Assembly: GCA_002269645.1 (NCBI GenBank)
Contig: NIVC01000607.1
Coordinates: forward strand, 1 to 64,000
DNA length: 64,000 nucleotides
Origin: Macrostomum lignano
Taxonomy: Eukaryota
Direction: 5' to 3'
The first letter of the stretch is position 1. The number at the start of each line of letters is the position of its first letter. A program made the position numbers and the translations under genes. Positions 30,101 to 42,067 of the stretch are shown here, piece by piece. The notes beneath the pieces were generated by a model, which was not told the DNA's origin, did no database searches, and was given only the letters and a program-made list of their open reading frames with translations.

Positions 30101-33100
30101 GCTTAAGCTCCCATTGACACCATAATTTGCATCGCTAAATTAGCACTCGAAGATTTCTCCTGCCCGTGTCTGAAACCTTCAGCTAGAAGTTGGCGCAAAT
30201 GAATATTCAACAGATTCTGGCTGTCATTGTTGCCGATAAATCTCGGCTGTTGTGATTTAATTAAATGAACTGCATTGTAAGGAGCAAACACCTACATGGG
30301 GTATGAGATTGATGCCTTGGTATCTGTGATGTTTCGGATTCACGATAGGGTTTCCAGTTTTTGTAATGGGATGCCAGTTTGTGTAATGGGTTGCCAGTTT
30401 GTGTAATAGGTTGTTAGTTTGTGTAATGGGTTGTTAGTTTGTGTAATGGGATGCCAGTTTGTGTAATGGATTGTTAGTTTGTGTAATGAGTCGCCAGTTC
30501 GTGTAATGGGTTGCCAGTTTGTGAAATGGGTTGCCAGTTTGTGCAATGGGTTGCCAGTTTGTGTAATGAGTCGCCAGTTTGTGTAATGGGCGCCACATTG
30601 AGTGTGAGAGGCGCCATTTTGAGTGTGAGAGGCGCCACTTTGAGTGTGAGAGGCGCCATTTAGAGTGCGAGAGGCGCCACTTTCAGAGTGTGCTGGGAGG
30701 AGTCCTTTACACACCGGAAACGAGACAGCAACCAGAAATCATCATATAAACTGCAATGTGCTTTCTAACAGGCATACCAGCTAAAAATGAGCTCAAAGTT
30801 AAACTGAGTTCGCGGCCTTCATCCCAGGCCTCAGCATCATTTGAATACATCAGCGCATAATTTGACTCAAAAAACATCTCCAGTAGCAAGCAGGAACAGC
30901 CGTAAGTCATTTTCAGCCACATCTTCCGGGCGGCGAGGAGGTTGCAAAAAATTAATGAATTTTCCTAGTGACCCGCATTTCTGCCTTAATAGCTCCTACG
31001 CACCGGGTCTGCAGTCCCCTGAGGCCGGCTTGAACTCTCTCGAAAAATTTGGCTCATTTGGTAGTGAATTTTATGAATTTATTCTCATTTTTACTTCTGG
31101 AGAAATTAGACAGAAAAAGGAACTCCTACGTAGGAGGAATATCCGGAACTGAAATACCCGGAACTGAAATACCCGGAACTGAAATACCCGGAACTGAAAT
31201 ACCCGGAACTGAAATACCCGGAACTGAAATACCCGGAACTGAAATACCCGGAACTGAAATACCCGGAACTGAAATACCCGGAACTGAAATACCCGGAACT
31301 GAAATACCCGGAACTGAAATACCCGGAACTGAAATACCCGGAACTGAAATACCCGGAACTGAAATACCCGGAACTGAAATACCCGGAACTGAAATACCCG
31401 GAACTGAAATACCCGGAACTGAAATACCCGGAACTGAAATACCCGGAACTGAAATACCCGGAACTGAAATACCCGGAACTGAAATACCCGGAACTGAAAT
31501 ACCCGGAACTGAAATACCCGGAACTGAAATACCCGGAACTGAAATACCCGGAACTGAAATACCCGGAACTGAAATACCCGGAACTGAAATACCCGGAACT
31601 GAAATACCCGGAACTGAAATACCCGGAACTGAAATACCGGAACTGAAATACCCGGAACTGAAATACCCGGAACTGAAATACCCGGAACTGAAATACCCGG
31701 AACTGAAATACCCGGAACTGAAATACCCGGAACTGAAATACCCGGAACTGAAATACCCGGAACTGAAATACCCGGAACTGAAATACCCGGAACTGAAATA
31801 CCCGGAACTGAAATACCCGGAACTGAAATACCCGGAACTGAAATACCCGGAACTGAAATACCCGGAACTGAAATACCCGGAACTGAAATACCCGGAACTG
31901 AAATACCCGGAACTGAAATACCCGGAACTGAAATACCCGGAACTGAAATACCCGGAACTGAAATACCCGGAACTGAAATACCCGGAACTGAAATACCCGG
32001 AACTGAAATACCCGGAACTGAAATACCCGGAACTGAAATACCCGGAACTGAAATACCCGGAACTGAAATACCCGGAACTGAAATACCCGGAACTGAAATA
32101 CCCGGAACTGAAATACCCGGAACTGAAATACCCGGAACTGAAATACCCGGAACTGAAATACCCGGAACTGAAATACCCGGAACTGAAATACCCGGAACTG
32201 AAATACCCGGAACTGAAATACCCGGAACTGAAATACCCGGAACTGAAATACCCGGAACTGAAATACCCGGAACTGAAATACCCGGAACTGAAATACCCGG
32301 AACTGAAATACCCGGAACTGAAATACCCGGAACTGAAATACCCGGTACTGGACCAGACACCAGAGTGCGCAACTTCAACATTTGTCTTGATTCGTATAAA
32401 GGTATGAATGCATAAAAACAGCCTACGATTGTATAGTTATCGGGAAGAAATATTGCAAGCGGCAGAAAGATTACACACAGCATGAAGTGTAGGATGCTAC
32501 ACAATAATTTTGTTACACTGCGTGCCCTTTTCTGTTTAGCTAAAGATAGAAACAGAAAAAAGCCAACAATATGGCTTGCCGCACACACACACACTGATTA
32601 TGGCACTTTGTCATTGCCGAATTGTCTGACTGATTTCTCTTTTCTTTTTCGAGTACAAGCAGACCGTCTGGAAAAAAATTGACTGACTTTGCAGGATCTA
32701 AATTGACTGCGTGACGGTGGCCGTCTGTGCCATGTTAATTAATTCAGTAATACAATCAGGTAATGTAGGGATCTAAAGACCGGTAGGTTTCCGCCCTAAA
32801 AGACAGGTAGGTTGTCGCCCTAAAGACAGTAGGTTGTCGCCATAAAGACAGGTAGGTTGCCGGTCTAAAGACAGGTAAGTTTCTGCCCTAAAGACAGGTA
32901 AGTTTCCGTCCTAAAGACAGGTAAGTTGACAGGTAAGTTTCCGTCCTAAAGACAGGTAAGTTGACAGGTAAGTTTCCGTCCTAAAGACAGGTAGGTTGTC
33001 GCCCTAAAGACAGGTAAGTTTCCACCGTAAAGACAGGTAGGTTGCCGCTCTAAGACAAGTAGGTTGTCGCCATAAAGACAGGTAGGTTGTCGCCCTAAAG

Positions 33101-35618
33101 ACAGGTAGCTAGCCGCTCTAAAGACAGGTAGGTTGCCTCTCTAAAAACGGATACCCTCATCAGCGAGGGCAGTTTCAGCTTATACATAGATAAGAAATAC
33201 AATATACAATTCAAAATGCAGCCACTACCCAAACCCCAAAGCGCAGACCAATAGTCCAGATTCCCTATACCAATCTATCCCCCCACTCTTGTGCATCGCG
33301 TGCATTTTATTTCCATAAAGACTTAGTCGGCCAGTTCTGCCAGAAAATCCCAATCTTCTCGCCAACCTTCCCCGAGGGGAATCCGCAGAGACAACCGAGG
33401 GAGTCGAGTGGGGGGGGAGAGAGGGGAAAAATGCGCACTGGCGTTTAAAAATCCCCAAGCCGAAAGAAAGTCTAAATAGATCAGCAGCAGCGCCTTGCGC
33501 AACTGCCGTCTTATAGCGATCGCGCGTCCCATATTCTAGACTGGGGATTTGATTTAATTTGTCCTTAGCAACTGAGTTGTGTTCTTTCCCGGCTGTGTTC
33601 TTCCTGGCCTGCTCTGCTCTCCGCGATCCTCTCCTGCCTCCATCTCCGTTTTAGAGCACCTCGGTGTTGGGTGAGCCAAGACTCGGACAGACTACCAGTA
33701 TAAACCAGTATAAAGCAATCAGTTTAAATTTATACGGAGCAGCAGCTAACGATTGAGACCGAAATTTTAGACTGGCATAGAGAAAAGACAAACAGAGACA
33801 AGTTAGACAGAGACATATAAAACAGAGATAAAACAGAGACAAGACAGGACATGCAGGGACAAGATCGATAGATTTAAGACCATATGGATGAGACAGGACA
33901 GAGAAGACAGAAACGCGGCACAGAAGCGGGAGAAACTCAGACGACTTCAAGAGGGTAGGTCGTAGAAAAGCCAGTTCAAGATCGTAAGGTCTTCCTCCCC
34001 GTGCATTCTGACCCCTCTTGACTTGGCTTCGCGTTTGGGGTCACTCGCATTTCACTCTTGAAAAATTATTTTGAGGACGTTTATAGCTGCTCCAATTGAA
34101 AGCGATCTTGGAGGACACTTATTGAACAAGCCGATTTCGATTTTGATCTATGGCTAGTGGAACCTATGAAAGAAAAAACACCTTTGCAACTTGAAATAAG
34201 TTCTTGCCTAAAGAGCGCCAACTTGATGTCTAAGGAGCGTCTAAATTGATACCGAAAGAGCGCCAGCATGATGTCTAAGGAGCGTCTAAATTGATGCCTA
34301 AAGAGCGACAACATGATTTCTAAGGAGCGTCTAAATTGATGCCTAAAGAGCGTCAGCATGATGTCTAAGGAGCGTCTAAATTGATGCCTAAAGAGCGTCA
34401 GCATGATGTCTAAGGAGCGTCTAAATTGATGCCTAAAGAGCGCCAGCATGATGTCTAAGGAGCGTCTAAATTGATGCCTAAAGAGCGCCAACATGATTTC
34501 TAAGGAGCGTCTAAATTGATGCCTAAAGAGCGTCAGCATGATGTCTAAGGAGCGTCTAAATTGATGCCTAAAGAGCGTCAGCATGATGTCTAAGGAGCGT
34601 CTAAATTGATGCCTAAAGAGCGTCGTCAGCATGATGTCTATGGAGCGCCAACATGATGTCTAAGAAACGTCAACATGATGTCTAACCGAACCTTTTGATG
34701 CACGGCAACCCTCAGGCCGCCAGTCTCCAGGCCCGTGGTGACGATCTCGCTATAGTAGTCGATGCTCTGCTTGACGTCAACACTCGGACTGTACAGGATG
34801 AGCACGAGGCCTTTCTCAACTCCGCTAGATTTAATCGATCGACTGTCGGCTTTAAACGAGAAACAATTGCCGTAGCCTCTGTGGTAGAAGACGGTGAAGT
34901 TGGCCTCGCTGCAGCGCTCCTGATTGTACTGGCAGTAGATCAGCATGTCGTAGATCCTGGCGCTGGCGGCGCTCATGTTGAACTTTGGCCACGAGTGCAC
35001 CGCGTGCTCGAAACTGGCGTAGGCAATTTTGATGGCTTTGACCCGGCCGGCCGACTCCTCTTGCTTCGGATGAGGACCGGACGAATCTGGAGTGGACGCG
35101 AAACCGTAGCCCAGCATGTAGCTGGCTGTGAAATAATCGCTAATCTCGCGCGATTCAGTTCTCAACGAGTCTGAGTTGAGCGTTAGAAACTTTTTCATCA
35201 ACGGGTCGCAGAAAGTGACGTCCGGGAAGGTGAACTGGTTGGTGAGCAGTCTGGTGGTGCTGGACACCGGATAGGCTCTGAACAGGCTGATCTGCTTGTA
35301 GGTGTGCAGCGTGAGGCCGGTGACGGCTCCCAGGACTACGCAGCCCCACAGCAGGCGCAGCCACGGCACCTGCTGGGCAAAGAATCTGCCCAGACCGTGA
35401 GCCGAGGTCCTTCCAGCGAAGCCGTGCAAGTTGGTGTAGAGCATCCGCTGCCGGTGATGATGCCGCAGCTTCCGTTCGCACTCATTTGTTGTCGAGTCGA
35501 CGAAGCTGCTTGTGCAGTCGCCTCCATCGCAGCGGAGGCCGAATGACTCCGTCAGCGGGTTCATGGTGGATTTGCGATGGGGTCGGATCGACATGGGAGG
35601 GTCAGAATCGAGCTTCAT
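24151..35618 (-). CDS. DEG/ENaC (ASIC/FaNaC-like) sodium channel subunit, 5 exons, about 810 aa
   Basis: Exons 35618-34692, 29543-29389, 27204-26363, 25534-25348, 24472-24151 total 2433 nt, in frame, with no frameshift seen. Motifs: pre-TM1 TSAHG, TM1, FPDVTFC, HRGYGNCFSF, GLVLIL, GLRVAVHQ, Cys-rich thumb (QEKCGC), LFSDLGGIMGLWIGVSVVTLCEF (GxS filter). The last exon is least certain; without splicing the frame stops at 25257. Confidence 0.93.
24490..25210. repeat. GATGCTG-based 20-30-bp minisatellite filling ENaC intron 4
   Basis: Direct reading. Confidence 0.95.
25600..26300. repeat. 41-45-bp C-rich minisatellite (CCTGCACCCACCTCACGCCTCACCCCAGTATTC...) filling ENaC intron 3
   Basis: Direct reading. 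Confidence 0.95.
27645..28567. repeat. Pentamer compound repeat (GAGTA/GATTA)n in ENaC intron 2
   Basis: Direct reading. Confidence 0.97.
28875..29292. repeat. GA-rich low-complexity tracts (28875-29115 and 29225-29292) in ENaC intron 2
   Basis: Direct reading. Confidence 0.9.
29851..29925 (-). mobile_element. tRNA-derived SINE head in ENaC intron 1
   Basis: Minus strand has A-box TAGCCCAGTGG and B-box-like GGCTCGATTCC at tRNA spacing; no intact cloverleaf. Confidence 0.5.
30355..30685. repeat. Adjacent 20-bp (TTGCCAGTTTGTGTAATGGG) and 21-bp (GAGAGGCGCCA...) short arrays
   Basis: Direct reading. Confidence 0.9.
31142..32346. repeat. Near-perfect 15-bp array (CCGGAACTGAAATAC)n, about 80 copies
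   Basis: Direct reading; a single 1-bp deletion near 31636. Confidence 0.98.
32775..33150. repeat. About 23-bp minisatellite (AAAGACAGGTA(A/G)GTT...)n, about 17 copies
   Basis: Direct reading. Confidence 0.93.
34205..34685. repeat. 45-bp minisatellite abutting the ENaC intron 1 donor
   Basis: Unit GCATGATGTCTAAGGAGCGTCTAAATTGATGCCTAAAGAGCGTCA, about 10 copies. Confidence 0.95.
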
Positions 35619-36074
35619 ATACACGACTGGTTAATTCTATAAGATCGAGTCTGATTGGCTGCTAAAACTGGAGCCCAGCGAGTCGCAGTTGGCGCAGAAC
35701 GAAGTGGGTCAATTAATCTATGAAGGACTTCAAAAGTCTGTCGCAGTTATGTTGATAAAATTAGCCAAAATCGAAAAGAAATGGGCCAAACAGAAATTTG
35801 AAATTCTAGCGAAGCTTTAATAAAGCCAGTCTGTCGCGTATCTTTACGTAAAAATGACTGCAGGAATGAATGGAAATATCGATAAAAGTAGCGTTTTTAC
35901 CGAAACAGACTACTAAATCTTGCTTAAATTGTGCATAAATACTCATTAGAAATATCTATAAGCACTTTAAAGATTGGTATCTACACGGTATCTACTAAGA
36001 TTGGTATCTACACTTTATAAAATAGCTGAGACTAAAAAGTAAATTTCAAGACAGGGTGGGTGTCTGAGAACAGA

Positions 36075-36750
36075 CAGGGACTGAGACAGGAATAATTAGG
36101 GACTGAGACAGGGATAATTAGGGACTGAGACAGGGATAATTAGGGACTGAGACAGGGATAATTAGGGACTGAGACAGGGATAATTAGGGACTGAGACAGG
36201 GATAATTAGGGACTGAGACAGGGATAATTAGGGACTGAGACAGGGATAATTAGGGACTGAGACAGGGATAATTAGGGACTGAGACAGGGATAATTAGGGA
36301 CTGAGACAGGGATAATTAGGGACTGAGACAGGGATAATTAGAGACTGAGACAGGGATAATTAGGGACTGAGACAGGGATAATTAGGGACTGAGACAGGGA
36401 TAATTAGGGACTGAGACAGGGATAATTAGGGACTGAGACAGGGATAATTAGGGACTGAGACAGGGATAATTAGGGACTGAGACAGGGATAATTAGGGACT
36501 GAGACAGGGATAATTAGGGACTGAGACATGGATAATTAGGGACTGAGACAGGGATAATTAGGGACTGAGACAGGGATAATTAGGGACTGAGACAGGGATA
36601 ATTAGGGACTGAGACAGGGATAATTAGGGACTGAGACAGGGATAATTAGGGACTGAGACAGGGATAATTAGGGACTGAGACAGGGATAATTAGGGACTGA
36701 GACAGGGATAATTAGGGACTGAGACAGGGATAATTAGGGACTGAGACAGG
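36075..36750. repeat. 22-bp homogeneous array (AGGGACTGAGACAGGGATAATT)n, about 30 copies
   Basis: Direct reading. Confidence 0.97.
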
Positions 36751-36764
36751 AAAAATGCAGAGAC

Positions 36765-38600
36765 CATAAAAGTACACAGACCAGAGCAGTACACAGACCA
36801 GAGCAGTACACAGACCAGAACAGTACACAGATCAAAAACAGTACACAGATCAAAAACAGTACACAGATCATAGCAGCACACAGACCAAAACAGTACACAG
36901 ATCAAAACAGTACACAGATCAAAACAGTACACAGACCAGAACAGTACACAGATCATAGCAGCACACAGACCAAAACAGTACACAGATCAAAACAGTACAC
37001 AGATCAAAACAGTACACAGATCATAGCAGCACACAGACCAAAACAGTACACAGATCAAAACAGTACACAGATCAAAACAGTACACAGATCAAAAACAGTA
37101 CACAGATCATAGCAGCACACAGACCAAAACAGTACACAGATCAAAACAGTAGACAGATCAAAAACAGTACACAGATCATAGCAGCACACAGACCAAAACA
37201 GTACACAGATCAAAACAGTACACAGATCAAAACAGTACACAGACCAGAACAGTACACAGATCATAGCAGCACACAGACCAAAACAGTACACAGATCAAAA
37301 CAGTACACAGATCAAAAACAGTACACAGATCATAGCAGCACACAGACCAAAACAGTACACAGATCAAAACAGTACACAGATCAAAACAGTACACAGATCA
37401 AAACAGTACACAGATCAAAACAGTACACAGACCAGAACAGTACACAGATCAAAAACAGTACACAGAGCAGAGCAGTACACAGACCAAAACAGTACACAGA
37501 TCAAAACAGTACACAGATCAAAACAGTACACAGATCAAAACAGTACACAGACCAGAACAGTACACAGATCAAAAACAGTACACAGAGCAGAGCAGTACAC
37601 AGACCAAAACAGTACACAGATCAAAACAGTACACAGACTAGAACAGTACACAGACTAGAACAGTACACAGATCAAAAACAGTACACAGAGCAGAGCAGTA
37701 CACAGACCAAAACAGTACACAGATCAAAACAGTACACAGACCAGAACAGTACACAGACCAGAAGAGTACACAGAGCAGAACAGTACACAGATAAAAACAG
37801 TACACAGAGCAGAACAGTACACATCAAAACAGTACACTGAGCAGAACAGTACACAGACCAGAGCAGTACACAGACCAGAGCAGTACACATATCAAAACAG
37901 TACACATATCAAAACAGTACACAGAGCAGAACAGTACACAGAGCAGAGGAGTACACAGAGCAGAACAGTACACTGACCAGAGCAGTACACAGATAAAAGC
38001 AGCACACAGAGCAGAGCAGTACACAGACCAGAGCAGTACACAGACCAGAGCAGTACACAGAGCAGAACAGTACACAGAGCAGAACAGTACACAGAGCAGA
38101 ACAGTACACAGAGCAGAACAGTACACAGAGCAGAACAGTACACAGAGCAGAACAGTACACTGACCAGAGCAGTACACAGATAAAAGCAGCACACAGAGCA
38201 GAGCAGTACACAGAGCAGAGCAGTACACAGACCAGAGCAGTACACAGAGCAGAGCAGTACACAGAGCAGAGCAGTACACAGACCAGAGCAGTACACAGAG
38301 CAGAGCAGTACACAGACCAGAGCAGTACACAGACCAGAGCAGTACACAGACCAGAGCAGTACACAGAGCAGAGCAGTACACAGAGCAGAGCAGTACACAG
38401 ACCAGAGCAGTACACAGACCAGAACAGTACACAGAGCAGAACAGTACACAGACCAGAGCAGTACACAGACCAGAACAGTACACAGAGCAGAACAGTACAC
38501 AGAGCAGAACAGTACACAGAGTATAACAGTACACAGACCAGAGCAGTACACAGAGCAAAACAGTTCACAGAGCAGAACGGTACACAGACCAGAACGGTTA
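36765..38600. repeat. 17-bp minisatellite (CAGTACACAGA(C/G/T)CA(G/A)A(G/A))n, about 107 copies, with a sequence gradient along the array
   Basis: Direct reading. The Cys/Leu/Val-rich ORFs here are repeat translations. Confidence 0.97.
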
Positions 38601-39129
38601 GGCTAAGACAAAGTAAGCTGTAAAAGAGTAGCAGAGGGAGACAACAGTTATATAGAATTGTAGAGAGAGATGCCAGAGGTTGAGAAGAATAGGAACGAAT
38701 TAAAACACACACACACATATCTAGCTCGTATCGGCCATCGAAGGCGCCTAGAAAGGCAATGGAGGTGCCAAAAGCCCGAGCCTTAAGCTATATATACCTG
38801 CCTAATTAGTTTTCGTATGTTGGAGTAGGTTTTCTCATGCACAGCGGCATTGTGATGCTCATTTTTGGGGTCGCTAACCCCCTAGCCAAAGAGTTGAACA
38901 ATATAAAATTTCAAAGCCCAGAGTCCAATTTGAGCTATAAAACTGTTTGACAGAAATAAACTGCTGCAGCATCTGGTTTTAAAACTTAGAGAAAATTTTG
39001 CAGTTTTTAACGCAATCACTTTGAGAATGCAGCAACGCGAACGGAGTGGCACTTTGTTCAGCTACTTTAATAGCAATGATGGGTGAGTGAGAATTCTGTG
39101 CTCTGGATGGTTGCTAACGTGTGTTGTGG

Positions 39130-40020
39130 CTGTTGACTCATTTTTGGCGCTATATTGACTCTTTCTAGTAGCTGCTGACTCATTTTAGGCGCTATGCGGA
39201 CTCTTTCTAGTGGCTACTGACTCATCTTTGGCGCTATACTGACTCTCTAGTAGCTGCTGACTCATCTTTGGCGCTATACTGACTCTCTAGTAGCTGCTGA
39301 CTCATTTAAGGCTTTATACTGACTCTTTCTAGTGGCTGCTGACTCATTTTTGGCGCTATGCTGACTCTTTCTAGTGGCTGCGGACTCATTTTTGGCGCTA
39401 TACTGACTCTTTCTAGCGGCTGCTGACTCATTTTTGGCGCTATTCTGACTCTTTCTAGTGGCTGCTGACTCATTTTAGGCTTTATGCTGACTCTTTCTAG
39501 TGGCTACTGACTCATCTTTGGCGCTATACTGACTCTCTAGTAGCTGCTGACTCATCTTTGGCGCTATACTGACTCTCTAGTAGCTGCTGACTCATTTTAG
39601 GCTTTATGCTGACTCTTTCTAGTGGCTGCTGACTCATTTTTGGCGCTATGCTGACTCTTTCTAGTGGCTGCGGACTCATTTTTGGCGCTATACTGACTCT
39701 TTCTAGCGGCTGCTGACTCATTTTTGGCGCTATTCTGACTCTTTCTAGTGGCTGCTGACTCATTTTAGGCTTTATGCTGACTCTTTCTAGTGGCTACTGA
39801 CTCATCTTTGGCGCTATACTGACTCTCTAGTAGCTGCTGACTCATTTTTGGCGCTATGCTGACTCTTTCTAGTGGCTGCTGACTCATTTTTGGCGCTATA
39901 CTGACTCTTTCTAGTGGCTGCTGACTCATTTTTGGCGCTATACTGACTCTTTCTAATGGCTGCTGACTCATTTTTGGCGCTATACTGACTCTTTCTAGTA
40001 GCTGCCGACTCATTTTCGAT
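39130..40020. repeat. 42-bp minisatellite (CTGACTCATTTTTGGCGCTATACTGACTCTTTCTAGTGGCTG)n
   Basis: Direct reading; about 290-bp higher-order period. Confidence 0.96.
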
Positions 40021-40241
40021 GCTTTTAACTCATTCTCCGTCACGGGTACTGACTCACGCAGACTCACGTACGCTCGTAGCATCTTATACATGCAGTTGTC
40101 TAGCTACTCTAGTACGAGTGAAGCCAGATCTACCAGCAGCCAAGGCATTTTTACTCAAAACTGGCAAGAAAAAGTACTCTAGTACACCGAGCGGAAGAGA
40201 GATGGAAAAATTGCTAAGCTTGCCCTGTCCCTGACCAAACA

Positions 40242-40255
40242 GTTGCTATGGCGAC
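40242..40255. promoter_or_regulatory. RFX X-box-like element GTTGCTATGGCGAC
   Basis: Fits the X-box consensus RTHNYY-WT-RRNRAC at all positions; 1.8 kb upstream of a ciliary-family gene. Confidence 0.5.
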
Positions 40256-40419
40256 CGCGAGAGTTGTTGCAGCTTCTCTTTTGCTATGGGAAAATTATTC
40301 TATCCCACACATAACACGACCGTTCCTTCCCATCCAAGTTCATGAAGGTGTCAGTCCAAGGCCTTCAAAAACTATTGGCTTATCTTGCCCCCTGACTCCA
40401 GTTTTAGTACAAGTGATGA

Positions 40420-41500
40420 CTCCTAGTTTTGGTGCCAGTGACTGTTTAGAGTTTCGGCGCCAGTGACTCTTTAGTTTCGGCGCCAGGGATTCTTTAGTTT
40501 TGGTGTCAGTGACTCTTTAGTTTTGGTGCCAGTGACTCTTTAGTTTCGGCGCCAGGGATTCTTTAGTTTTGGTGCCAATGACCCTTTAGTTTTGGTGCCA
40601 ATGACCCTTTAGTTTTGGTGCCAATGACCCTTTAGTTTTGGCGCCAGTGACTCTTTAGTTTCGGCGCCAGTGACTCTTTAGTTTGGCGCCAGTGATTCTT
40701 TAGTTTTGGTGCCAATGACCCTTTAGTTTTGGTGCCAGTGACTCTTTAGTTTTGGTGCCAGTGACTCTTTAGTTTGGCGCCAGTGACCCTTTAGTTTTGG
40801 TGTAAATGACCCTTTAGTTTTGGTGCCACTGACTCTTTAGTTTTGGTGCCAGTGACTCTTTAGTTTCGGCGCCAGTGATTCTTTAGTTTTGGCGCCAGTG
40901 ACTCTTTAGTTTTGGTGCCAGTGACTCTTTAGAGTTTTGGTGCCAGTGACTCTTTAGTTTTGATGCCAGTGATTCTTTAGTTTTGGCGCCAGTGACTCTT
41001 CAGTTTTGATGCCAGTGACTCTTTAGTTTTGGTGCCAGTGACTCTTTAGTTTTGGTGCCAGTGACTCTTTAGAGTTTTGGTGCCAGTGACTCTTTAGTTT
41101 TGATGCCAGTGATTCTTTAGTTTTGGCGCCAGTGACTCTTTAGTTTTGGTGCCAGTGACTCTTTAGAGTTTTGGTGCCAGTGACTCTTTAGTTTTGATGC
41201 CAGTGATTCTTTAGTTTTGGCGCCAGTGACTCTTCAGTTTTGATGCCAGTGACTCTTTAGTTTTGGTGCCAGTGACTCTTTAGTTTTGGTGCCAGTGACT
41301 CTAGAGTTTTGGTGCCAGTGACTCTTTAGTTTTGATGCCAGTGATTCTTTAGTTTTGGCGCCAGTGACTCTTCAGTTTTGATGCCAGTGACTCTTTAGAG
41401 TTTTGGTGCCAGTGACTCTTTAGTTTTGATGCCAGTGATTCTTTAGTTTTGGCGCCAGTGACTCTTCAGTTTTGATGCCAGTGACTCTTTAGTTTTGCCC
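40420..41500. repeat. 23-bp minisatellite (GGTGCCAGTGACTCTTTAGTTTT)n, about 46 copies
   Basis: Direct reading. Confidence 0.96.
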
Positions 41501-42067
41501 CCCTGCAAAACTTGATGGTATGAATATACCTTGCATTGAATTCATAACATAACCTGCACCCATCCTCAACTCATCTGAATCGTCTTAACATTGATTAGCT
41601 TAGCTACTGCAGTGCTGTACTCTGCCCAAACAGCAGCAGCAGCAGCAGGCTGAGAACACTTCCCAAAGCTGCAGGTGTAAGTCAGGGAGAGCACAGTCAG
41701 AAAAGAAAGGGAATGAGGGGAAGAGAAAGAGAGAGTAGGAGGGGGAGAGACGGTGACATGAAAGCTTAGAAATTTCCTTCCCTCTCCTACCGGAATCCCC
41801 CAGCAGGCAGTTGCGAACAAATTGGAAGAAGCTTCCGTTTTGCTGCAGTGGCTAAGCTGGTTATAGAGAGGCAAAAACGGTCTGGATCTATCTGCTTTTT
41901 CTGCAGCCAATAGCTCTGGCAGAATCCTAGCTCTCGTCATTCTTTTGGCTGCCACAGTTCTCAACTTCCATTTTTTACCTTCTTTTCCAATCCCAAGCGA
42001 CCAGAAGCAGAAACAGAAGCAGCAGCACGCCAAAGCCGCTAAGCCCTACCGACGACCAGAAGCAGCA

